A stretch of DNA of 50,006 nt from Candidatus Limnocylindrus sp. (GTDB taxonomy: Bacteria > Chloroflexota > Limnocylindria > Limnocylindrales > Limnocylindraceae). The position numbers and the translations under genes were made by a program. This document shows, piece after piece, positions 17,656-27,166 of the stretch; positions within the stretch are counted from its first letter, which is position 1, and each line of letters begins with the position of its first letter. The notes under the pieces were generated by a model. That model had not been told where the DNA came from, did no database searches, and worked only from the letters and a program-made list of their open reading frames with translations. The stretch is taken from positions 1 through 50,006 of the forward strand of contig JBBAWJ010000003.1 of NCBI GenBank assembly GCA_040397255.1, written 5' to 3'.

Positions 17656-18405
17656 TTACGGTGCCAACACCTCGTCCATGAAGCTGCGACTCTTCGGCTC
17701 AGTGCCGAAGAGGAGTTGCACAGCAAGGCGCAGGGCCCAGCTCACCTCTCGTTGGGGGGCGGGAGGCAGCACGAGAGAAACCAGCTCCTCTGGCGCAAAG
17801 CGTCGCAGTGCTCGCATGAGCCGCAACGCATCACTGGAGAACGCTCCCCCAAGTGCATGCGATGCACAGCGAATGCCCGCACCCTCCTCATCCCAGCGGA
17901 GGGCCTCGCCCGCAACGGGCGCCCGCCCGCACTCAAGGCAGACGTCGAGCTCTGGGCCCTGCCCAGAGGCGTCAAGGAGTGCCAGCTCAGCCCAGCGCGC
18001 CACGAGCGCATCGGGTGCGCCGGACTCGAGAAGATCCCAGGCGCGAATCAGCAGCTCGTAGAGTTCGGGTTCGGGCTGCTCGTCGCTCGTTCCTCGTTCG
18101 ACCAACTCAGCGACGTACCAGGCGACCGCTGCACTGCCGAGTCGACCGCGCAGGCCGAGCCAGACTCGTACGCTGCGAACCTGGGTCACGGTATCGAAGG
18201 TTCTCCCCGCGATGAGGGCGAGGTCTAACTCGGCGAAGGGCTCTACCCCGCCCCCGAGCCGGCTGGTTGGCTTGCGGACCCCCTTGGCGATCGCTTTGAA
18301 CTTGCCGCGTGTAGCGGAGAGGAGGGTGAGCACGCGATCGGCTTCGCCGAGGCGGAAGCGGGAGGTGACGACGGCCAGCGACGTAGTGCTTTGACGTGCA
18401 GGCAT
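17656..18405 (-). CDS. recO: DNA repair protein RecO
   Basis: GEADRVLTL, AIAKGVRKPTSRLGG, and Zn motif CLECG...CASH. Confidence 0.93.
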   Translation of the reverse strand: MPARQSTTSLAVVTSRFRLGEADRVLTLLSATRGKFKAIAKGVRKPTSRLGGGVEPFAELDLALIAGRTFDTVTQVRSVRVWLGLRGRLGSAAVAWYVAELVERGTSDEQPEPELYELLIRAWDLLESGAPDALVARWAELALLDASGQGPELDVCLECGRAPVAGEALRWDEEGAGIRCASHALGGAFSSDALRLMRALRRFAPEELVSLVLPPAPQREVSWALRLAVQLLFGTEPKSRSFMDEVLAP

Positions 18406-18422
18406 GATGCGCAGGGTAGCAT
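18406..18422. promoter_or_regulatory. Overlapping divergent -10 elements for recO (leaderless) and the polyprenyl synthase
   Basis: TGcTACCCT (-) lies 7 nt before recO ATG; TAGCAT (+, 18417-18422). Confidence 0.6.
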
Positions 18423-18476
18423 TGCCCTACAACCGCGCCGCGTTCAAACGCGCCGGGCAAGAGGTGAGGGGGGCGC

Positions 18477-19526
18477 GTGAACGAGCAGCAGCAAGGGGCG
18501 GGGGGAGACCTGCTGAACCTGAACCTCGACGAGCTGGTCGCGGCAACTGATCGCACCATCCTTGAACTGCTGACCGAATGGGAGGAGCCGATTACGGCCC
18601 CCATGTACGAGCAGATTCGCTACCACCTCGGGTACAACGATCCCGCAGCGCGGCCCGGAAAGCGCATGCGCCCCCTCCTCGGCCTCCTCGCCTATGCCTC
18701 GATCTCGCCAGACTGGGATCGCGCACTCCCCGGTGCTGCGGCAGTAGAGCTCGGACACAACTTCTCACTCGTCCACGACGACATTGAGGACGGTGATGCC
18801 GAGCGACGCGGCCGGCCGACACTCTGGGTTCGAGATGGTATTCCCCAGGCCATCAACACCGGCGATGCACTCTTCACGATCAGCCGCGTAGCACTGCACC
18901 ACCTCACCACCCTCGGCTTCTCTGATGCCAAGGTGATTCGCCTGATGAAGCTCTACGACGAGACATGCCTGCGCCTCTGCGAAGGGCAATTCATCGACAT
19001 CGCCGCAAGCGCACGCACAGAGATGCAGAGCGTTGAACACTACTTTGAGATGATCGGTCGTAAGACCGCCGCCCTCATCTCGGGCTCCGTAGAGTCTGGC
19101 GCGATCCTTGCCAGTGACGACGAGGAGGTTATCCGCCACTTCCGAAACTTCGGCTGGGCCCTCGGGCTCGCCTTCCAGATCAACGACGACCTCCTCGGCA
19201 TCTGGGGCGACGAGGCGGCTACAGGGAAGGAGGCCTCTGATCTGGCCCGTCACAAGAAGACGCTCCCCGTCCTTCATGCCATGGAGCAGGCGAGCCCCGC
19301 CGACCGCGCGGTGCTGACAAACCTCTACGCCGAAACGAACCCAGGCGCCGACTCAGTCGCCGCAGGATTGCAGGTACTTGAGCGCACCGGGTCACGTGAG
19401 TACACACGCATGAAGGCACAGGAGTGGCGCGCTAAGGCGATCAGTGAGATTCGCACTCTCTCGCAGCTCAACCCGCGCGCCGTGGCGAAACTCAAAGAGA
19501 TTATTGACCGGGTGATCTCCGCCTAA
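18477..19526 (+). CDS. Polyprenyl (GGPP/IdsA-like) diphosphate synthase
   Basis: GKRMRP, FSLVHDDIED..RRGRPT, GQFID, KTA and FQINDDLLG motifs. Confidence 0.92.
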   Translation: MNEQQQGAGGDLLNLNLDELVAATDRTILELLTEWEEPITAPMYEQIRYHLGYNDPAARPGKRMRPLLGLLAYASISPDWDRALPGAAAVELGHNFSLVHDDIEDGDAERRGRPTLWVRDGIPQAINTGDALFTISRVALHHLTTLGFSDAKVIRLMKLYDETCLRLCEGQFIDIAASARTEMQSVEHYFEMIGRKTAALISGSVESGAILASDDEEVIRHFRNFGWALGLAFQINDDLLGIWGDEAATGKEASDLARHKKTLPVLHAMEQASPADRAVLTNLYAETNPGADSVAAGLQVLERTGSREYTRMKAQEWRAKAISEIRTLSQLNPRAVAKLKEIIDRVISA

Positions 19527-20839
19527 TCAGCAACCGGCTTCGTGACCCCCGAATCCCAGGTCACGCGCACCTTGCCGACGCGTCGTCCAATCACCTTGAT
19601 CACTGTGATTTTGAATGGATCCACTGCCACCGTGTCGCCCACAACGGGGACGCGGCCAATGCGGTGATAGACGAATCCGCCCACGGTGTCGTACTCCTCA
19701 TCATCCTCAAGTTCTAGCGGAGGGTCGACAAGTTCGCCCATCTCATCAATATCGGCTCGGCCGTCAAGGATCGCCTCGCCCTCGCGAACCATCACCTTCA
19801 TCGGCTCCTCTTCGTCAAACTCGTCCTGAATCTCACCGACGATCTCTTCGAGCAGGTCTTCAATGGTCACGAGGCCCGCAGTACCGCCGTATTCGTCAAG
19901 CACGATCGCCATGTGCACGCGGCGACGCTGTAGTTCGTTGAGCAAGTCATCGACCGCCTGTGACTCAGGAACAAAGAGTGCCGGACGCATGATGTCGCGC
20001 AGCCGTGGACGCGGCCCGCCCGCAGCAATGATGCGCAGCAGGTCCTTCGCGTAGAGGATGCCAACGATATGGTCGACCGACTCCTTGTAGAGCGGCGTAC
20101 GACTGTGTCCTTCGGTGAGCACTAGCGTGACGGCGTCATCAAAGCTCGCCTCCTGGTCGATTGCGGCGATGTCGATGCGTGGCACCATCACCTCGTGCAA
20201 CTTGGAGTCGCTGAGCGACATTACCGCGCTGATCATCTGCTCCTCTTCGGCCTCAAGTACGCCCTGCTGGCTCCCCTGCTCCACGATCAGGCGGATCTCG
20301 GCTGCGGAGAGCTCTGGGGTACGAGTTGGGTCAATGCCGAATGGTTTCGAGATGATCTTGGTGAGGAGCACGAGCACCGCCACCAGTGGGCTCACAATCT
20401 TGGCGAAGAAGGTGATCGGCCCAGAGACTGCGAGGGCAATGCGGTCCGGATTGGCGAGGGCAAACCCCTTCGGTATCAACTCCCCAAGCACGATGGAGAC
20501 CACAGAGACGATGAAGGTGACGAGGAGCAGCGCAATCGTGTCGGCATAGTCGGCAAGGGGCGCGATCCCACGCAGCGGCTCCGCAACTACGGTCACGATG
20601 CTGACGGCAGCAACGGCGGAGGCGAGTGCCCCGAGGAAGGTGATCGCCACCTGGATCACGGCGAGGAAGCGCCCTGGATCGCGCATCAGCTTCTGGGCGC
20701 GCTTCGCACGGCGATCGCCCGCCTCGGCGAGCTCATCGAGGCGCGTACGGCGAACAGAGACAAAGGCGATCTCGGCACCAACGAAGAAGCCGTTGATCAG
20801 GATCAGTAGAAGAATGATCAGGATGTCGGTGCCGAGCAT
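19523..20839 (-). CDS. Hemolysin-family CNNM/CBS/CorC-HlyC membrane protein
   Basis: [50 protein letters not shown] and DTVGG motifs. Confidence 0.93.
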   Translation of the reverse strand: MLGTDILIILLLILINGFFVGAEIAFVSVRRTRLDELAEAGDRRAKRAQKLMRDPGRFLAVIQVAITFLGALASAVAAVSIVTVVAEPLRGIAPLADYADTIALLLVTFIVSVVSIVLGELIPKGFALANPDRIALAVSGPITFFAKIVSPLVAVLVLLTKIISKPFGIDPTRTPELSAAEIRLIVEQGSQQGVLEAEEEQMISAVMSLSDSKLHEVMVPRIDIAAIDQEASFDDAVTLVLTEGHSRTPLYKESVDHIVGILYAKDLLRIIAAGGPRPRLRDIMRPALFVPESQAVDDLLNELQRRRVHMAIVLDEYGGTAGLVTIEDLLEEIVGEIQDEFDEEEPMKVMVREGEAILDGRADIDEMGELVDPPLELEDDEEYDTVGGFVYHRIGRVPVVGDTVAVDPFKITVIKVIGRRVGKVRVTWDSGVTKPVAD

Positions 20840-20841
20840 CG

Positions 20842-22215
20842 TTACGCCTCCCGAATGATGCGAGCCGGAACGCCGACCGCCGTACAGCCATCAGGGATAT
20901 CCGCAAGCACCACCGTGCCGGCCCCTGTCTTGGCCCCGATACCGATGCCCGCCGGGGCAACAATCAAAGTCCCCACGCCTGTAAAGGCGTCTGCGCCAAT
21001 CAGCGTCTTGACCTTCTCTACCCCATTGTAGTTCGCCGTGATGGTGCCCGCGCCGATGTTCGCACGCTCCCCCACTTCGGCATCACCAAGATATGAGTGA
21101 TGGCCGACCTTCGCGCCAGCGGCGAGACTCGTTGCTTTCATTTCAGCAAAGTTTCCAACGTGACAGTTTGCCGCAATGGTGCACCCTGGTCGAATGTGCG
21201 CAAACGGCCCAACATCAACGTGCGACGCGATGGTTGATCCCTCAATCGCTGAGGAGCGAACTGTGCAGTCTTCGCCGATGGATGTCGCCTCAATCCGTGA
21301 ACCGCTCCCAATTTGAGTTCGCGCGCCAATGCTCGTTCTCCCAAGAAGCGTCACGCCCGGCTCAATCACGGCATCCGCAGCGATCTCAACCTGCACGTCA
21401 ATCCACGCGGTCGTTGGGTCAATCAACGCCACGCCACGATCTAGATGCCCCTCGTTGATGCGCTCGCGGAGTGCGGCTGCGACATCGGCGAACTGGTGTC
21501 GGTCGTTCACCCCCTCAAGCTCAATCTCCGCGCCATAGACGATTGGCGCAGGGGTACCTGCGGCGTGTGCCGCGGCGACTAGATCGGTGAGATAGAGCTC
21601 GCCACTCGCCTTCGACGGGGTGATGGCGCCGAGTGCCTCGGTGAGCCACGCTCGGTCAACGGCGTAGAGCCCAGCGTTAACGGTGCCGATGGCGCGCTGC
21701 TCTTCGGTGGCGTCACGCTCCTCGATCACGCACGCCGCGGTGCCATCGCTCGATTCGATCACCCGTCCGTAGCCCGTAGGGTCATCGGCATCAAAGGCGG
21801 CCAACGCGATCGGCGCGTTCGTCTCGCGACGTGCCGCAACAACCTCGCGCATCAGCACGGCGGTGATGAGTGGCGTATCGCCGCAGGCGATGAGCAGCTC
21901 CTTTGCAGAGGCTGGTAGCGCGGCAAGCGCGCAGCGAACAGCATCGGCGGTGCCGAGCGGCTGTGGCTGCTCAGCGATCGAGACATCGCCTCCTAATAGG
22001 TCACCGAGCCCTGCGGTTGCCGGCGAGAGGACAACGACAGACTTCTCAGAGAACGCCTCAGTGGCAGCCGCCACGACCCAGCCGGCCATTGGTCGGCCGA
22101 GCAAGTGGTGCAGCACCTTGGGAACCTGGGACTGCATACGCGATCCCACTCCAGCGGCAAGGATGATGGCCGTCACGCCCTCAAGGCGCTCCGGCCCGCG
22201 ACTTGACGGGCTCAT
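20842..22215 (-). CDS. glmU: Bifunctional UDP-GlcNAc pyrophosphorylase / GlcN-1-P acetyltransferase
   Basis: LAAGVGSRM..PKVLH, GYGR, ELYLTD, GPFAHIRP, GNFAEMK, HHSYLGD and GAGTITANY motifs. Confidence 0.95.
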   Translation of the reverse strand: MSPSSRGPERLEGVTAIILAAGVGSRMQSQVPKVLHHLLGRPMAGWVVAAATEAFSEKSVVVLSPATAGLGDLLGGDVSIAEQPQPLGTADAVRCALAALPASAKELLIACGDTPLITAVLMREVVAARRETNAPIALAAFDADDPTGYGRVIESSDGTAACVIEERDATEEQRAIGTVNAGLYAVDRAWLTEALGAITPSKASGELYLTDLVAAAHAAGTPAPIVYGAEIELEGVNDRHQFADVAAALRERINEGHLDRGVALIDPTTAWIDVQVEIAADAVIEPGVTLLGRTSIGARTQIGSGSRIEATSIGEDCTVRSSAIEGSTIASHVDVGPFAHIRPGCTIAANCHVGNFAEMKATSLAAGAKVGHHSYLGDAEVGERANIGAGTITANYNGVEKVKTLIGADAFTGVGTLIVAPAGIGIGAKTGAGTVVLADIPDGCTAVGVPARIIREA

Positions 22216-22601
22216 CCTGCGGCGCCGCCTCGCTTGGCGATCGCTTCGATCTCTACCAAGCCACCCTTCGGCAGCGCTGCAACCTGAATCGTTGAGCGTG
22301 CGGGGTACGGCTGGGTGAAGGCCCGACCGTAGATCTCGTTGACGGTGGCAAAGTCGGCCAGGTCAACAAGGAAGATGGTCGTCTTAACGATGTCGTTGTA
22401 GCCAAAGCCTGCAGCGGCCAAGAGGGCACCGAGGTTCGTGACCGCCTGCTCTGCCTGTGCAGCAACGCCATCGGCGAGTACTCCAGTTTCAGGATGGAGT
22501 CCGAGCTGTCCAGAGCAGTAGAGCTCGTCGCCCATGGCAGCAGCCGGGCTGTACGGTCCGATAGCCGCAGGAATCCCGGCCCCAGTAATCGAACGCTTCA
22601 C
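22212..22601 (-). CDS. ridA: RidA/YjgF-family enamine deaminase
   Basis: AIGPYS, SGQLG, VKTTIFL and PARSTIQVAALPKGGLVEIEAIA motifs. Confidence 0.9.
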   Translation of the reverse strand: MKRSITGAGIPAAIGPYSPAAAMGDELYCSGQLGLHPETGVLADGVAAQAEQAVTNLGALLAAAGFGYNDIVKTTIFLVDLADFATVNEIYGRAFTQPYPARSTIQVAALPKGGLVEIEAIAKRGGAAG

Positions 22602-24514
22602 GCTGCTCCCCTTTCGCCAGATCCTGGCGCAATCAGTCTCGTTGCGATGACAGAGGGCGTGAGGCCTTCTGGCGCCACGAGCTCCCCGCTCGCGAGGGCA
22701 TCAGCGATCAGGGTTGCCCCCTCCTCTGCCTCTCGCTGGGAAGGATAGAGGAGGAAGAGGGTTGGCCCCGAACCTGAGAGCGAGAGTGGGCGATCGAGGA
22801 GGCGGCGAAGGGCGTGATCGAAGGGGCGGAGCCACGGCGCAACCGCCCGGGCGGGGGCGAGGAGGTCGTTCGCCGATGCCAAGGCGGCAGCCCGCTGCAG
22901 GAGCCCCTCCCCACTCATGCCGACCGTGAGTTCCGCTGCAAGGTGCTGGGAGCTGACTAGTGCCGCCCCATGCGCCGAGCCGCGGAGCCCCGCGGCGAAA
23001 GCGGCAAACACCTCTGGGGTGCGGAGCGGAAGGTCGGCGGTGATGAGGAGGAGTCCCAGGGGCTCACCCTTCCAGGGGGCGAGCGGGGTCACCGACTCCC
23101 CACGCCCCTCCATGAGCGCAGGCGAGCCGACGAGGAAGAGCGGAACGTCTGAGCCCACTTCGGCTGCAACCGTGTTCAAGGCTTCGTCATCAATATCTAG
23201 ATCAAAAAGCTCGATGACACCGAGCAACGTTGCGGCGGCGTCGCTTGAGCCACCCCCTAGGCCAGCGGCAACGGGAAGGCGCTTCTCCAACACGATCTCT
23301 ACCGGCGGAACCTCACACACGTTGCGCAGCGCCGCGAGCGCCACGGCGCAGAGATTCTCACCTTCAAGATGCAGCGGCACACCAGCGAGCCGAATGGAGT
23401 CTGCCCCGTCCGTTGCTCGACGCAGATAGAGGCGGTCGCCTGCTTCGAACTGCGCCACCACGGAGTGGAGCTCGTGGTACCCATCTGAGCGCTTGCCGAC
23501 GATGGCGAGCGTCAGATTGATCTTGCCGTGTGCGACGATCTCAACCGTTGGATCTGGTGCTGGCTGCGAGCGTGTCGCGTTCCGCTCGCGCACCTCCGAT
23601 CCTCCGCTGGTGCTTCGCCGAGCGACTGCGGCACGAGCGGCGTTCGTCGGCACACCCGCATCAAGCTCAGGAAGTTCGGACAAGAGGGCGATCCAGTCTT
23701 TCACCGAGAGCGTCTGCGCGCGCTGATCGGGACTGAGGTTGGCGCGCCCAAGCGCCGCGATAATGTCGCTCTCAAGAATTGGCAGTGCGCGAGGGAGTGC
23801 ATTGCGCAACTTCTTCCGTCGCTCGCGGAATCCCGCCTGCACAAGTCGCCAGAGGCGCTCCTCATCGTGTGGGCTTAGAGTGAACGCATCGTCACCCGTT
23901 CGATGCTCGAGCAGCAAGATCGCAGAGTCCACGCCAGGCACTGGGTCAAATGCCTCGCGGGGAACCCGCAGAACGACGGAGGCCGCCGTTCTCGCCTGCA
24001 CAAATGCGGTGAGGTACGACCAGTCACCGGGTGCGGCCGCGACGCGCTCCGCCACCTCCAACTGCACTAGCAAGACGATGCGTGCAGGGGGCGCTGCCAG
24101 CAGCAGGAGCCGATGCAGCAGTGGACTCGTGACGTGATACGGAATGTTGGCAATCACGCGCCAACTCCCACTGGTTGGCGCGAGCGACTCAAGATCAACG
24201 GTGAGCGCATCGCCGTGAATGAGGGTCAACTGCCCCGCACTGATCTGCGCCGCGAACTTATGCTGCAGGCGAGGGATCAGGTCGTTATCAAGCTCAACAG
24301 CGATCACGTTGGCGCCGCTAGTAAGGAGTGCCTCGGTCAAGAATCCGAGCCCCGGGCCAATTTCCAAGACGAGCTCCCCGGGAGTCGGCGCGCCAGCCTG
24401 CACGATGCAATCCCGAACGTTCAGATCGTGCAAGAAGTTCTGGCTCAGACGCTTCTTGGCAGCATGGCCATCAACACGCCCGCGGCTCGGTGCCTGGCGA
24501 TACTTCGGGCTCAT
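22598..24514 (-). CDS. rsmA-ispE: Fusion: 16S rRNA dimethyladenosine transferase RsmA/KsgA plus 4-diphosphocytidyl-2-C-methyl-D-erythritol kinase IspE
   Basis: N-half has KRLSQNFL, LEIGPGLG, ANIPYHVT, F.RRKKLRN; C-half has HGKINLTL..GYHEL, KRLPVAAGLGGGSSDAA, GSDVP, LSGSGPT; one frame; ATGA overlap with the tsaD stop. Confidence 0.9.
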   Translation of the reverse strand: MSPKYRQAPSRGRVDGHAAKKRLSQNFLHDLNVRDCIVQAGAPTPGELVLEIGPGLGFLTEALLTSGANVIAVELDNDLIPRLQHKFAAQISAGQLTLIHGDALTVDLESLAPTSGSWRVIANIPYHVTSPLLHRLLLLAAPPARIVLLVQLEVAERVAAAPGDWSYLTAFVQARTAASVVLRVPREAFDPVPGVDSAILLLEHRTGDDAFTLSPHDEERLWRLVQAGFRERRKKLRNALPRALPILESDIIAALGRANLSPDQRAQTLSVKDWIALLSELPELDAGVPTNAARAAVARRSTSGGSEVRERNATRSQPAPDPTVEIVAHGKINLTLAIVGKRSDGYHELHSVVAQFEAGDRLYLRRATDGADSIRLAGVPLHLEGENLCAVALAALRNVCEVPPVEIVLEKRLPVAAGLGGGSSDAAATLLGVIELFDLDIDDEALNTVAAEVGSDVPLFLVGSPALMEGRGESVTPLAPWKGEPLGLLLITADLPLRTPEVFAAFAAGLRGSAHGAALVSSQHLAAELTVGMSGEGLLQRAAALASANDLLAPARAVAPWLRPFDHALRRLLDRPLSLSGSGPTLFLLYPSQREAEEGATLIADALASGELVAPEGLTPSVIATRLIAPGSGERGAA

Positions 24515-25629
24515 GCGGGTACCGCCGATCCGATGCGCCACTGCGCATGAACCTCAAGGCCGGCGCTCGGCTCCTGGTAGGCGCCTCGTTCGTCGCGCAG
24601 CAGGGCATCGCCCGCGGCGCCGATCATTGCCGCGTTATCGGTGCACCACTTGAGCGGCGGAATGACGAGCACTCGGCGCTCCTCACGCGCAACGTTCGCG
24701 AGAGCCGCACGGAGCGGTCCATTTGCCGCCACGCCGCCGCCGACGATGAGCGAGCAGTCTGGGTTGACCCGCAGGGCACGCTGCACACCGGTGCGCAGTG
24801 CGCCAACGATCGCCTGCTCGGTTGCGGCAGCGATTGCAATCGCTCCCTCTTCTGGAAGTGGATGCTCGGCGAACTGGCGTGTGAGCGTGGCGGCACGGCC
24901 GGGGCTACGGTCGCTGAGCCCACTGGCGACGAGCGCCTGCCGAATCGCCGCGGTCTTCACCCCGCTGAACGAGAAGTCGTAGGGCTGCTCGGTCTTCGCA
25001 ATCGGCAGCGGCGTGATTCGGGCACCGCGTGGCGCCTTCGCGGCGAGCGCTGAGAGCGCAGCCCCTCCTGGATATGGAGCGCCAAGGAGGCGTGCGATCT
25101 TGTCGAAGGCCTCGCCCGCCGCGTCGTCAATCGTGCCGCCGAGGCGCTGCACGGTCCCGTCACGCTCGATCCGCACCAGCAACGTGTGACCACCAGAGAC
25201 CACGAGCCCGATCGCGGGGAGCGTCGGCGCGTCGACGTCTGCCGCCTCGCGTAGCCATGCGGCGCGCAGGTGCCCCTCAAGATGATTTACCGGCAGCACG
25301 GGGAGGCCGCGCGCCCACGCCCAGGCGCTGCCAATGCCGGCGCCCACGAGGAGTGAGCCAACGAGGCCGGGGCCGGTCGTCAGTGCCACCCCCTCAATCG
25401 TGCTGGCAATCCCGAGCCCCTCAGCCTCCTGCAGCACCTCGTTGAGGAGGCGGGGCAGCCACTCATGGTGGGCGCGCGCTGCGACCTCTGGAATCACACC
25501 GCCAAACGGTGCATGGATCGCCGTCTGGCTTGCCACACGCTCAGCGATCACCTCACGACCGCCGCGAATAAGGGCAACGGCACTCTCGTCGCAGCTCGAT
25601 TCAATCGCCAGCAGTAGCCGCTCACTCAT
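24511..25629 (-). CDS. tsaD: tRNA t6A threonylcarbamoyltransferase
   Basis: AIESSCDE, GGVIPEVAARAH, NHLEGH, SGGHT, DDAAGEAFDK, FSFSG, GGVAAN and CTDNAAMI motifs; start reassigned to ATG 25629. Confidence 0.96.
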   Translation of the reverse strand: MSERLLLAIESSCDESAVALIRGGREVIAERVASQTAIHAPFGGVIPEVAARAHHEWLPRLLNEVLQEAEGLGIASTIEGVALTTGPGLVGSLLVGAGIGSAWAWARGLPVLPVNHLEGHLRAAWLREAADVDAPTLPAIGLVVSGGHTLLVRIERDGTVQRLGGTIDDAAGEAFDKIARLLGAPYPGGAALSALAAKAPRGARITPLPIAKTEQPYDFSFSGVKTAAIRQALVASGLSDRSPGRAATLTRQFAEHPLPEEGAIAIAAATEQAIVGALRTGVQRALRVNPDCSLIVGGGVAANGPLRAALANVAREERRVLVIPPLKWCTDNAAMIGAAGDALLRDERGAYQEPSAGLEVHAQWRIGSAVPA

Positions 25630-26143
25630 GGCCGAAGCGCTCCTGAACGCGGGCGCGCAGCGCCGCTTCAATCGCCTGCTGCTCTGGGCTCTCAAGCTCG
25701 GCGGTGGTCATTATCAACGCATCTTCGCCGTTATCGTCGTAGTAGCGAATGCGGCGGCCGACTTCGATGAAGCCGAACGCTAGATAGAGTCGTTGCGCGT
25801 CAACGTTTGATACGCGCACGTCTAGCGTTGCGACTCGGGCGCCGCCGCGCCGCGCCTCCTGCAGGAGCTCAAGGAGCAGCATCGTCGCAACTCCCAACCG
25901 TCGATTCGCGGGTAGCACCGCCATCGTGGTGACATGCGCCTCGTCAACCATCAGCCAGATACCACCAAAGCCAATGAGCGCGCCACTCATTCGGGCGCCA
26001 ACGTATCGCGCTAAACGATTTGTGGTGAGCTCCGTGGTGTAGGCGCTTGTTGGCCATGGTGCCGTAAACGAGACGTTCTCAATCACCGCGACCTCGTTGA
26101 GGTCCTTGACGGTAAGTGGTGCCAGAACTGGTGCGGGCATCAT
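25622..26143 (-). CDS. rimI: Ribosomal-protein-alanine N-acetyltransferase
   Basis: FTAPW, DEAHVTT, LDVRVSN..AQRLY..FGF and RYYDDNGEDA motifs; sits in the tsa cluster. Confidence 0.92.
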   Translation of the reverse strand: MMPAPVLAPLTVKDLNEVAVIENVSFTAPWPTSAYTTELTTNRLARYVGARMSGALIGFGGIWLMVDEAHVTTMAVLPANRRLGVATMLLLELLQEARRGGARVATLDVRVSNVDAQRLYLAFGFIEVGRRIRYYDDNGEDALIMTTAELESPEQQAIEAALRARVQERFGHE

Positions 26144-26673
26144 CGCGCCTCGCTTCCGCGAGCTGGCGCCGGATAGCGCAGGGTGACATGCGAAGCTACA
26201 GATCCAGCCTCACGGACGAGCGCGCACGAGGCAACCCCTCTGCTCTCCTCCTGTGTAAGGTGCGAGGAGGCGGAGCCCCGAGCCACGACGACCGAACCCT
26301 TCTCCGATACCTCGAGCGACTCACGTGTCCCGAGCGCTATAGAGAACGACCGCTGCGCCGCCTGCCAGAGGGCACGATCTGAGGCGCTCTGCCGCAGCGG
26401 GAGTGCCAGAGCGGCAGCAATGCCCACGGCAGCCGAGGCTGCAACGCGGACGCCGCTGTAGCTTCCAGGGCCGTTTCCCACCACCACACTAGTGAGCGCG
26501 GTACGTTCGGCCTGATTCGGAATCAGATTGGTAATGCGCCGCAGTAGCGGCTGGTCATAGCGGTAGTCCTCCGCGACGCACACGAGCAGATCACTACGCT
26601 CCTCTACGATCGCGACGATGCTGAAGCCGAGTGAACCATCAAGCACGAGGATACGTGGGCTACTCACGTGCAT
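26140..26673 (-). CDS. tsaB: Short, divergent TsaB
   Basis: VVGNGPGSYSGVRVA motif; lies between tsaE and rimI; start is ATG 26673 or GTG 26667. Confidence 0.8.
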   Translation of the reverse strand: MHVSSPRILVLDGSLGFSIVAIVEERSDLLVCVAEDYRYDQPLLRRITNLIPNQAERTALTSVVVGNGPGSYSGVRVAASAAVGIAAALALPLRQSASDRALWQAAQRSFSIALGTRESLEVSEKGSVVVARGSASSHLTQEESRGVASCALVREAGSVASHVTLRYPAPARGSEAR

Positions 26674-27166
26674 CGCCCGATGTGATGCGTTGGGTGCTGT
26701 CAGACACCGAACCGAGTACCGCAAGGAGCTCTGGTCGTGCGCCGCGGATCACGGCGATGCGTGTGCCCTCGTCGGCAGCCGCCTCGAGATGAATGCTCAG
26801 CACGCCGATGCCCGCTACCCCGAGTCCTTCAAGGTGCTCGGGCCACTCAATGAGGGTGACGCCGTGCTGCTGTCGCTCATCAATCACCCCAGCACGCAGC
26901 GCGTCACTCCCCACGGGGAGTCGATAGGCGTCAACATGCCAGATCGGCAGGTCGCCGCGGTGTTCAGAGACGAGGACGAACGTTGGCGAGGTGAGCTCCG
27001 GCTCTGCATGGAGTGCGGCTCCGATGGCACGAGCGAGTGTTGTCTTGCCGCTCCCCAGGTCGCCCGCAAGAAGGACCCGGTCACCCGGACGGAGTGAGAC
27101 GCCAATCGCCTCACCGAGCGAGGTCGTTGCTGCAAGGCTACCGAGCGTAATGGTGACGACGTTCAC
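26660..27166 (-). CDS. tsaE: t6A ATPase TsaE
   Basis: GDLGSGKTT, SPTFVL, HVDAYRL and IEWPE motifs. Confidence 0.95.
   Translation of the reverse strand: MNVVTITLGSLAATTSLGEAIGVSLRPGDRVLLAGDLGSGKTTLARAIGAALHAEPELTSPTFVLVSEHRGDLPIWHVDAYRLPVGSDALRAGVIDERQQHGVTLIEWPEHLEGLGVAGIGVLSIHLEAAADEGTRIAVIRGARPELLAVLGSVSDSTQRITSGDARE

Noticed and set aside
19523-20839. 'Hemolysin' as a toxin or virulence gene
   Set aside because: The CNNM/CBS/CorC architecture indicates a Mg2+/divalent-cation homeostasis protein
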